Shown: piece by piece, positions 56,458-64,000 of the stretch
How positions within the stretch are numbered: position 1 is the first letter of the stretch
Layout of the letters: each line of letters opens with the position of its first letter
Assembly: GCA_016932315.1 (NCBI GenBank)
Contig: JAFGDD010000004.1
Location: 35,457-99,456 of the forward strand
Direction: 5' to 3'
DNA from: Candidatus Woesearchaeota archaeon
GTDB lineage: Archaea > Nanobdellota > Nanobdellia > Woesearchaeales > SM23-78
DNA: 64,000 nt
The notes under the pieces: generated by a model
What the model saw: only the letters and a program-made list of their open reading frames with translations
What the model was told of the DNA's origin: nothing
Database searches by the model: none
Made by a program: the position numbers and the translations under genes

Positions 56458-58473
56458 TTGGAGGTTTCAGAACAAATAAACCTGTTTTACAAGCTTATAG
56501 AATCAGAGTACTATAAGGAACTTATCAAGCAGGTGAGTAAAGGGCAAAAATTCTTGAAAATAAACTTTAATGCTTTATCAAAATATAGCCCTGAGCTTGC
56601 AGAAATGCTTCTTGAAGAGCCAGAAGAAGTGATAAAAGCAGCTGAATTAGCCATTGACAGCTTTGACATAGAAGGAGATACAAAAAACTTTAAGGTCAGG
56701 TTCTTTAACCTCCCTAAGTCCCAAAAAATTCAGATCCGCAATATCAGAAGCCAACACATTGGCAAATTCCTTGAAATACAAGGCTTGGTCAGACAAAAAA
56801 GTGATGTCAGACCTCAAGTAACGAGTGCCAGGTTTGAATGCCCTAGCTGCGGCAACATAATTAATGTTCTTCAACTAGACACTGCGTTTCGTGAACCCAG
56901 CAGGTGCAGTTGCGGAAGGCGTGGCAAGTTCAAGCTCATATCAAAAGAACTTGTTGATGCCCAAAAAATAGTTTTAGAAGAAGCACCTGAAGATTTAGAA
57001 GGAGGGGAACAACCTAAGCGACTAAGTGTTTTCTTAAAAAGCGATTTGGTAAGCCCTATAAGCGACAAGAGGACTAACCCTGGAAGCAAAATCCTGGTGA
57101 GCGGCATTATAAAGGAGATTTCTCTTGAAGAAAGAGGAATAAAAACAACCAGGTATGATTTGTTCAGCGATGCCAACTATGTGGAGCCAATTCAAGAAGA
57201 CTTCTATGAGATAACCATAACTGAAGAAGAAGAAGAAAGGATTAAAGAGCTTGCAGATGACAAAAGGGTTTTTGAAAAACTTACTGCTGTGCTGGCACCA
57301 AGCATTTACGGCCATGAAAAAGTCAAAGAAGCCATTCTGCTCCAGATGTTTGGCGGCGTAGTAAAAAAAAGAAGTAAAGGAGACATCACAAGAGGTGACA
57401 TTCACATACTCTTAGTTGGCGACCCTGGCAGTGGAAAATCTCAGTTATTAAAGAGAGTGAGCGAGGTTGCACCAAAGAGCAGGTATGTGAGCGGAAAAGG
57501 AGCCACAGGAGCCGGCCTCACAGCAACTGTTGTAAAAGACGAATTCATAAGAGGGTGGGCTTTAGAAGCAGGAGCTCTAGTTCTAACAAACAAAGGCATT
57601 TGCTGCATAGACGAGTTAGACAAGATGACGCCTGAAGACCAGAGCGCAATGCACGAAGGACTAGAGCAACAAACCATTACTATCAGCAAAGCCAATATCC
57701 AAGCAACCTTAAGGGCAGAAACCACTGTACTTGCAGCAGCCAACCCTAAGTTTGGTAGATTTGACCCTTTTGAACTGATTGCAAAACAAATAGAAATTCC
57801 AACAACCCTTCTGACTCGTTTTGACCTTATATTCCCTGTTCGCGACTTGCCTAACAAGGAAAAAGATGAGAAGATGGCTGATTTCATCCTTAAACTTCAC
57901 CAAAGCGCAGAAAAAAAAGAAACTCCCATACCTGATGATGTCATAAAAAAATATCTTTCCTATGCAAGAAGAAACATTACTCCTAAACTTACTGATGCTG
58001 CTCTTAAGGAAATCAAGGACTTCTTCGTAAGCATGCGAAATGCCAGTGAAACAGATGAGGCCATAAAGACCATACCCATCACTCCTAGACAGCTAGAAGC
58101 ACTTGTCAGATTAAGTGAGGCGAGCGCGCGAGCAGAGCTGCGAGATAAGGTAATAAAAAAGGATGCTCAACGAGCCATCGAACTAGTCCATTATTGCTTG
58201 TCACAGATAGGGTTTGATCCTGCAACAGGCAAGATTGATATAGATACTTTAACTACAGGTATTAGTGCCTCACAGAGAAGTGAAATCAGCGTGATTAGAG
58301 AACTGGTAAATGAGCTTGAGAAAGTGCTCGGAAAGGAAATACCGATTGAGGATGTGCTAAGAGAAGCAGAGATTAGAGGCATTCAAAAAGATAAAGCAGA
58401 AGAGATTATTGAGAAGTTAAAGAGAACTGGTGACTTATTCAGCCCCAGGCACGGAACCATATCTAAAATCTAG
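56458..58473 (+). CDS. mcm: MCM replicative helicase
   Basis: Zn finger CPSC..CSC, GDPGSGKSQ, CIDELDKM, AAANP, TRFD, TPRQLE and a C-terminal wHTH; no intein. Confidence 0.97.
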   Translation: MEVSEQINLFYKLIESEYYKELIKQVSKGQKFLKINFNALSKYSPELAEMLLEEPEEVIKAAELAIDSFDIEGDTKNFKVRFFNLPKSQKIQIRNIRSQHIGKFLEIQGLVRQKSDVRPQVTSARFECPSCGNIINVLQLDTAFREPSRCSCGRRGKFKLISKELVDAQKIVLEEAPEDLEGGEQPKRLSVFLKSDLVSPISDKRTNPGSKILVSGIIKEISLEERGIKTTRYDLFSDANYVEPIQEDFYEITITEEEEERIKELADDKRVFEKLTAVLAPSIYGHEKVKEAILLQMFGGVVKKRSKGDITRGDIHILLVGDPGSGKSQLLKRVSEVAPKSRYVSGKGATGAGLTATVVKDEFIRGWALEAGALVLTNKGICCIDELDKMTPEDQSAMHEGLEQQTITISKANIQATLRAETTVLAAANPKFGRFDPFELIAKQIEIPTTLLTRFDLIFPVRDLPNKEKDEKMADFILKLHQSAEKKETPIPDDVIKKYLSYARRNITPKLTDAALKEIKDFFVSMRNASETDEAIKTIPITPRQLEALVRLSEASARAELRDKVIKKDAQRAIELVHYCLSQIGFDPATGKIDIDTLTTGISASQRSEISVIRELVNELEKVLGKEIPIEDVLREAEIRGIQKDKAEEIIEKLKRTGDLFSPRHGTISKI

Positions 58474-58493
58474 AAAATAGAGTAAAAAACAAT

Positions 58494-59105
58494 ATGGCAC
58501 AGATAAAGAGAGAAACCGCAACAATATGCAAAGTTAATGACTTGCTTCAGGGAAGCTTTGTCAAGACAGAGGGGTGGGAACCTAGTTATTTTGAAACTGA
58601 TTTAGGAGAAATATCCAGAGTTAATGTTGTTGGTGTAGTCATCAATAAAGATTCTACAGGAAGCATCCTCCTGGATGACGGCAGTGGAAGAATCCTCCTA
58701 AGAAGCTTTGAAGGGGATAAATTTACCACAGTGGATACAGGGGATTTGGTAATGATTATAGGAAGACCTAGAGTTTACAATGAGCAAAAATATGTTCTTC
58801 CTGAGATTATAAAGAAAATTGATCCTAAATGGGGAGAATACAGACAAATACAGCTTCAAATCCTGAGAAAAAAAATAATTCCTGTAAAAAGAGAAGCAAG
58901 AATCACAATAGAAGAAGATACGCCTATTAATTATTTCCAAAAAATCATGAATTATATCAAGGATTTGGATACTGGAAGCGGAGCAGACGTTGAAGAGGTA
59001 ATAAAGCGGAGCGAAAGCCCAAAAGCTGAAGAACTAATAAGAAAGCTAATTGAAGAAGGAGAACTCTTTGAGCTCAAGCCCGGCAAATTAAAAGTATTAG
59101 AATGA
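58494..59105 (+). CDS. OB-fold plus wHTH protein, RPA32/RPA2-like
   Basis: SRVNVVGVV..LDDGSGRI..GDLVMIIGRPR..PEII and the C-terminal LIEEGELFELKPG. Confidence 0.82.
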   Translation: MAQIKRETATICKVNDLLQGSFVKTEGWEPSYFETDLGEISRVNVVGVVINKDSTGSILLDDGSGRILLRSFEGDKFTTVDTGDLVMIIGRPRVYNEQKYVLPEIIKKIDPKWGEYRQIQLQILRKKIIPVKREARITIEEDTPINYFQKIMNYIKDLDTGSGADVEEVIKRSESPKAEELIRKLIEEGELFELKPGKLKVLE

Positions 59106-59155
59106 AAAAACATAGTACTTAAACATTTAATAATTTAATATTTACGCACCTTATT

Positions 59156-60016
59156 CTAGCCAAAAACTATGGGAGTAACAAACACTTCTAGCAAAGCAGC
59201 CACGAATAACACGCCTAAGCTTAATAAAAGCAAATCCGCAGAATCAAGAAGTATGTGTTCAAATTTGGTGGAGCCAAAATCATGCCTTATAACTGCTATA
59301 CCTATTATGCCCCCTGCCAAACCACCTATGAAATAAGCCAATATTTCAGGTATTCCGTGAATAGAGTACCTTAGCAACCCTATGCTTATGATTTGAAAGT
59401 AATGAGCAACCTTGTCAAAGCCAACAAAATTAGCCACTCTTGCCAATTCACTCCTCATAAAATTGCCGATTGCTGTGCCGATAACTGAAGCATTCCATAT
59501 AAGAATGAAAATAGCTCCTGCTCCATAAACAAATGAGAATAATATGCAGAATATTAAAACCTTGACGTTGTTCAAAAATATCTTTGAGAAGAAAGCCATG
59601 TTGCCGTTAAACCCGAAATGACCTGTGATTCGGCCATTAATTGCATTAATGGTGCTTGACTGGGATTGAAAAAGAACACTCACTGTGCTGGTTGAGAGAA
59701 GAACATACCAGAAGGCGTAAGCTACTGTGGCCCCTAAAAACAAGAAAATAAAGGCCCGCAAAGCCTTAGTGTGCTCTTTTAAAAGCCATTTTTCCTCCAT
59801 CCCCTCCAAATCCTTTTCCTCCTCCATAATTATTGTATTATAAACTAAAGGAAGGGCCGCCATGGCGGTTAGAAAAACCATTACCAGGCTTGATTGAGAC
59901 TTAAAAATCCAGAGGCTAAGAAAGATGGCTACTGTACAAAAAACTACTCCTAGAAAGAACAGTCTTCCTGGTCTTTGCTCTGCTTTGAATGGGGTAACTA
60001 ACGCCTCAAGGACCAT
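59156..60016 (-). CDS. SpoIIM / DUF95 family membrane protein
   Basis: IFLNN.KV, WNASVIG, HGIPE..A and AALLEVFV; multiple TM helices. Confidence 0.85.
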   Translation of the reverse strand: MVLEALVTPFKAEQRPGRLFFLGVVFCTVAIFLSLWIFKSQSSLVMVFLTAMAALPLVYNTIIMEEEKDLEGMEEKWLLKEHTKALRAFIFLFLGATVAYAFWYVLLSTSTVSVLFQSQSSTINAINGRITGHFGFNGNMAFFSKIFLNNVKVLIFCILFSFVYGAGAIFILIWNASVIGTAIGNFMRSELARVANFVGFDKVAHYFQIISIGLLRYSIHGIPEILAYFIGGLAGGIIGIAVIRHDFGSTKFEHILLDSADLLLLSLGVLFVAALLEVFVTPIVFG

Positions 60017-60095
60017 GAAATAATTCTCTTATTTATTTCTTTATAAACCTTTTGGCTGACATTACATTTCATTACATTTTGAGGCCCTCTGCTAA

Positions 60096-60115
60096 AAAAC
60101 AAAGAGTTTATATAA
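60096..60115 (+). promoter_or_regulatory. BRE/TATA box for a probably leaderless aIF-2beta transcript
   Basis: A purine-rich run precedes TTTATATAA at 60107-60115, about 25 nt before the ATG at 60140; no RBS. Confidence 0.55.
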
Positions 60116-60139
60116 CCTGCTTTTTTTCTAAAAATAAAA

Positions 60140-60550
60140 ATGGATGCGTATGAGGAATTATTGGAACGAGGAAAAAATGCCCTTCCTGAGACAACTCAAC
60201 TAAGAGAACGATTTGAAGTACCTAAAATCAGAGGGCATATACAAGGTAATAAAACTGTTCTAAGTAACTTCCTCCAGATCGCAGAGCATTTTGGCAGGAG
60301 ACCAGAACACGTCTTGAAGTTCATTCTAAAGGAGTTGGCGACGCCAGGAGAGATAAAAAAGCAGTTTGTTATACTCGGAACTAAAGTTCCTGCTGGGCGC
60401 GTAAATGAAAAGATACAGCAATACGCAGATACCTTTGTTATCTGTAGGGAATGCGGAAAACCAGACAGTAAAATGACCAAAGAAGGTGATGTTTATTTTA
60501 TAAAGTGTCAAGCCTGCGGAGCTAAGTACTCTGTTTATTCAAAAATTTAA
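60140..60550 (+). CDS. eif2b: Translation initiation factor aIF-2 beta subunit
   Basis: YEELL..ERFEVP, GNKT..NF, KELAT.G and the Zn ribbon CRECGKPD..CQACGA. Confidence 0.95.
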   Translation: MDAYEELLERGKNALPETTQLRERFEVPKIRGHIQGNKTVLSNFLQIAEHFGRRPEHVLKFILKELATPGEIKKQFVILGTKVPAGRVNEKIQQYADTFVICRECGKPDSKMTKEGDVYFIKCQACGAKYSVYSKI

Positions 60551-60557
60551 GCATCAT

Positions 60558-63500
60558 TTAAGCACTAAGCCAAGCTCCCAACATTTCCTGCCTCTCTTTT
60601 TCCTTGCCAAAAACACTTTCTACCCTTTGTTTCAAAAGCTCCAAGCTTTGGCGCATATAAACAGGCACATGATATTTCTCAGCTAATCTCATGCTGAGCT
60701 CAAGGTATTTTACCACGAAACCTTCTGAAACAGTAAATATTATCTTCCCGTTACATTCTGAACATTTGCCGTTTAAAGGCGGGCGTCTGAACTTCTCATT
60801 ACAATCAACACACCTGAACTCTTGTTGCGAAAATTTTCTTAAGTTGCCCTTTGTGTCCTTCATAAAGTGCTTATCAATTACCAGCCTCGCAACATCAGAG
60901 ACATCAACTGCCCTTATCTTCTCTGCGATCTCCATCTGACCCTTTAGCTTTTCCTCCATGCTCGGGAGCATTTTGTAGGCTGAAAGCAGGACTCCTTGGT
61001 TCATGTCATTCGTGTCGTGTGTAAAACCCATGCCTTCGTATTGTGCTGGTGTTCCTAGTAAGGGCTTGACTTGCCTGACCTTAACTTCGCCCGGGGCTTT
61101 ATACTCTTTGCAGGCTTTATAAAATTCCAAAGGATACCTCCAAGCCACATCCATATTAAACACCATATCATCTACTTCCATGGGATTAAGCAAATAAGTC
61201 AGGACGAGAGGCGCATCCATTGTGCTGCCTCTGCTCTCAGGCAAATATTTTTTTGAAAAATTAAGTAAAGCATCCATGAGCAATAGCATGCATCCCTCGT
61301 CACCGTCACAGTCGCGCCTCATAGCGGCATGAATGTATGGGTGGGCCACAAAGCCTTGAGTCTTAGAAAAGCCTATTATTCTGCATAAAATACCTGCTGA
61401 GGTGTGAGGAGCTAGCCCAATCACTAAATGACCTATAAGATCTTCCTTCGATCTAAGATTATAGTATGGTTTGAGGTCATAAAGTTTTTCCAATAATTCA
61501 TCAACAAAAGCAGCTGCTCTAAATAAAACCTCATCAGCAGGTTCTTCAGGAGCTCCTGGACTGCAAGGAAGCAGGATATCCTGCGGCTTTAACTCAAGGA
61601 TTTGCTCCTCTGATTTTAATTCTGCTCCTTTTATATCCTTTCCATATCCTAACTCTTTAAGCTTGGTCACAGAAGTGTTTATTTCCTTGGGTTTAAAATG
61701 AGTGAGAGGAATTTCTGAGCAGTCATACCTTATGGTGCCATCTTTATTAACATAAACCCTGTGCTTAGCTCTTAGTATGCCTTTACTTAAATGTTCAGGT
61801 ATGTGCTCTTTGTTGCTCGTACCTTTTACTCCTTTGATTAAGTCTGGAAATATGCTTGTGTTAAGTTTTTTTAGAATGGCATTAAGAGTTTCACCGATAT
61901 TAATAGTCATCACCTTATATGGGAGGGGCTCGTGAGGACAATCCTTGACAAGTCCGCATTCTTTACAAAAATTTAGTTTTTCAGTGGGTTTATCACACAA
62001 CTCACAAATGCTTAGCGCAGTTTCCCTTTTGCATCTTTTGCAATAGAATGGAGCAAACTGCGCTGTTATTTTTCCTTGTTCAAGCGCAGACTGAATTGAG
62101 CGGAACTTTCCTCCTTCCTTTCCCACTGGAAATAAAAGATGAGGGCTGCCTGTTAATTTTCTCATCTTTGCTTTTTCAGGCCTGCCCATCCTGGCGCCGA
62201 TAAAGGTTCCGCATTTATCCCTTATTTCAATATCAGCAAGCAAATTTATTAATTCCAAAGAGGAGGTGTTTTTTCCAGCGACCTCATACTCTTTTAACTT
62301 CTCTTTGAGATGATTTAGATGCCTAACAAGATCTCTTCTCTCTTTTGAGTCTATGTTGCCCAAAAGTGCTTTTGCAATATCTTTCTCAATTACTACAAAC
62401 TCTTTGTTAATAAGAGAATGAGGCAAGCCGATAAGCTCCAAATAGCGCTTTTCCTCGCTGAATGGAATAATGATCTTGATTATATTATCCTTATCTTCTT
62501 CTTTAACTATTTCTGCCTTGTCAGAAAGCCATTTTAATAGTTCCTGAAGCTGCTCTGGAGTGATGCTGTTCCAATAAAATATGTGGTTTGGATGCAAAGG
62601 TATTTTCAATCTCTTGCTGAGCTGGTATGCGGCATCAAAAGATATTTTTGTTGTGAGTGGCTTTTCAAATAATACACTAAGTTTTTCTTCATCAATGTCA
62701 ACGAGCTCTGAAAGCTTTTCATTAGAAAATGAACCAAACAATTCAATACATGCTTTCTCAAGTTCAAGAATCCATTCTTCAGGAACATAGCCAGCAGGCA
62801 CTAAAGGATGAGCCCTGTCAAAAAAATCTCCATAATTGATTAGAACATCCCCGAGGTAAAGTATTTCTTCAATATCATTTCTTATTTGTTTGGCTTGCTT
62901 ATCATTTTCTAAATAAACAACAGATCCATCACGAAGCTTAACGATTGGGCCGTCGACAGTATCGCAAGAGGTGAAAGCTGCTGCTTTTCCTGGGCGTTCG
63001 ACCTTTAATTGAGTGGCAATAGCTATGAAATCATTCAGTACTTGCATAGTAGCTGGGTGAATGGCTTGAGCAGAATAGCCAGACGTCCTTGCCCTTCCAT
63101 ATCTCAGTCGAAAAGCGCCATTAGATAATGGGTGACCAAAAACAGGTCTGCCTGCTACAAGGTCTGAGATAAATGTAAAGTCTGGTTTGATTTTGACAAT
63201 TCCTTTTTTCTCCTCAGACTGGGCATCCTTTTTCTGATTAAGGCTCTCCCTTGCCTTAACTGTTTTTTGTATTTTAAGGAACTCATCCAAGAATCCCCAG
63301 TGACTTAGTTCCATGTCTGCCCCCCATTTGCTGAGTTTAGACCATACTTTGGGTGCTTTTAACGGAAGACATGCACTGTAAATCAGGCAATAGCCGCTCC
63401 TTATCTTATTGGTGTTTACTCGCGGCAAGTCTTTTAGTGTAACGTTTGAAATTTCAAAGTCTTCAGAGGGGTCTCCTGATATCTCAACAGGCATGTGCGC

Positions 63501-64000
63501 AACTAAGAAATCAAGTTCTTCTTTTGAAGGAAAATACTGAAGATTAGTAACAAACTCATGATAATCAGATATTTCTGCATGAGCCCTCCTAGTCTCCTTA
63601 TCATCAGGGTCATAGGGGGCATAGCCTGTTTTTTTTCTTACATAATCTGCTATTAGTACGCACACTGCTGCAGCAGTACCTCCTGCTGCTCTCACAGGGC
63701 CTGCAAAATAAAGACAGAAATATTCCCCCTCACCATCATTTCTCTTCTTAATCTCAAGTTTTGTGAATCCTTCAAGTGGAGCAGATACTGCCCCTAAAGT
63801 TACATAAGCAAACCCCGTCCTTATTCCAACCTCCATAGCTTCTTTTTTATCATTAAATTTACAGAATTTCTCCTGAGCAATCTCCAGGGCAATTTGAAAA
63901 GCCACTCTCCAATCTAAAACACCGTATTGTTTTTCCAAATCTTCTATACGTTTTATAGCACCTGACCCTTGAAGTTGAGGAGCTACAACACTAATGAGAC
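60558..64000 (-). CDS. polC: DNA polymerase D large subunit DP2 (5' end outside the window)
   Basis: APLEG, AGP.RAAGGT, FRLRYGR, RMGRPEK, GLAPHTSAG, RRDCDGDE, DAPLVL and GNLRKFSQQEFRC. The frame stays open to the window edge; no intein. Confidence 0.97.
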   Translation of the reverse strand, partial: LISVVAPQLQGSGAIKRIEDLEKQYGVLDWRVAFQIALEIAQEKFCKFNDKKEAMEVGIRTGFAYVTLGAVSAPLEGFTKLEIKKRNDGEGEYFCLYFAGPVRAAGGTAAAVCVLIADYVRKKTGYAPYDPDDKETRRAHAEISDYHEFVTNLQYFPSKEELDFLVAHMPVEISGDPSEDFEISNVTLKDLPRVNTNKIRSGYCLIYSACLPLKAPKVWSKLSKWGADMELSHWGFLDEFLKIQKTVKARESLNQKKDAQSEEKKGIVKIKPDFTFISDLVAGRPVFGHPLSNGAFRLRYGRARTSGYSAQAIHPATMQVLNDFIAIATQLKVERPGKAAAFTSCDTVDGPIVKLRDGSVVYLENDKQAKQIRNDIEEILYLGDVLINYGDFFDRAHPLVPAGYVPEEWILELEKACIELFGSFSNEKLSELVDIDEEKLSVLFEKPLTTKISFDAAYQLSKRLKIPLHPNHIFYWNSITPEQLQELLKWLSDKAEIVKEEDKDNIIKIIIPFSEEKRYLELIGLPHSLINKEFVVIEKDIAKALLGNIDSKERRDLVRHLNHLKEKLKEYEVAGKNTSSLELINLLADIEIRDKCGTFIGARMGRPEKAKMRKLTGSPHLLFPVGKEGGKFRSIQSALEQGKITAQFAPFYCKRCKRETALSICELCDKPTEKLNFCKECGLVKDCPHEPLPYKVMTINIGETLNAILKKLNTSIFPDLIKGVKGTSNKEHIPEHLSKGILRAKHRVYVNKDGTIRYDCSEIPLTHFKPKEINTSVTKLKELGYGKDIKGAELKSEEQILELKPQDILLPCSPGAPEEPADEVLFRAAAFVDELLEKLYDLKPYYNLRSKEDLIGHLVIGLAPHTSAGILCRIIGFSKTQGFVAHPYIHAAMRRDCDGDEGCMLLLMDALLNFSKKYLPESRGSTMDAPLVLTYLLNPMEVDDMVFNMDVAWRYPLEFYKACKEYKAPGEVKVRQVKPLLGTPAQYEGMGFTHDTNDMNQGVLLSAYKMLPSMEEKLKGQMEIAEKIRAVDVSDVARLVIDKHFMKDTKGNLRKFSQQEFRCVDCNEKFRRPPLNGKCSECNGKIIFTVSEGFVVKYLELSMRLAEKYHVPVYMRQSLELLKQRVESVFGKEKERQEMLGAWLSA

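Noticed and set aside
60060-60080. CATTACATTT tandem duplication in a divergent promoter
   Set aside because: Only two 10-bp copies are present. It could be an operator but cannot be distinguished from chance slippage.
552-62790. Numerous short antisense or overlapping ORFs in the six-frame track
   Set aside because: They are shadows of well-supported genes on the opposite strand or frame, with no motifs or RBS.
56458-64000. Inteins in MCM or DP2
   Set aside because: Both have normal lengths and continuous motifs (GDPGSGKS; RRDCDGDE) with no insertion.

Overview
This is a gene-dense, AT-rich archaeal chromosome segment. TBP, MCM, aIF-2beta, the DNA polymerase D large subunit, TATA boxes and GGAGGTG-type RBSs mark it as archaeal. 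The gene content (bacterial-type FBA/ROK/AckA/Pta, many class III signal-peptide proteins) suggests a DPANN lineage such as Woesearchaeota; this placement is an inference. From 5' to 3' it holds: macrodomain, nucleoside phosphorylase and Mre11 genes; class II aldolase and ROK kinase; a vWA-MoxR-DUF58 operon; a small accessory patch; a fermentation block (ppsA, porCDAB, ackA, pta, a four-subunit group 3b [NiFe]-hydrogenase); a tandem thioredoxin-fold protein and an ABC exporter; a ~16 kb cluster of pilin-like and giant Cys-rich surface proteins; and a replication/information cluster. Four signals stand out. (1) A 10-bp-phased array of GTTATAAC palindromes sits directly behind an unknown coiled-coil/winged-helix gene next to TBP-MCM-RPA, a candidate origin/initiator or centromere/adaptor pair. 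(2) A dispersed family of multi-hairpin intergenic elements shows compensatory base changes. (3) A deletion scar joins an EamA 5' fragment to a hypC 5' fragment beside an intact hydrogenase operon. (4) A Cys-rich domain is shared by two proteins of the surface cluster. No rRNA, tRNA, CRISPR array or transposase was recognised. All calls are by motif recognition only, with no database searches.
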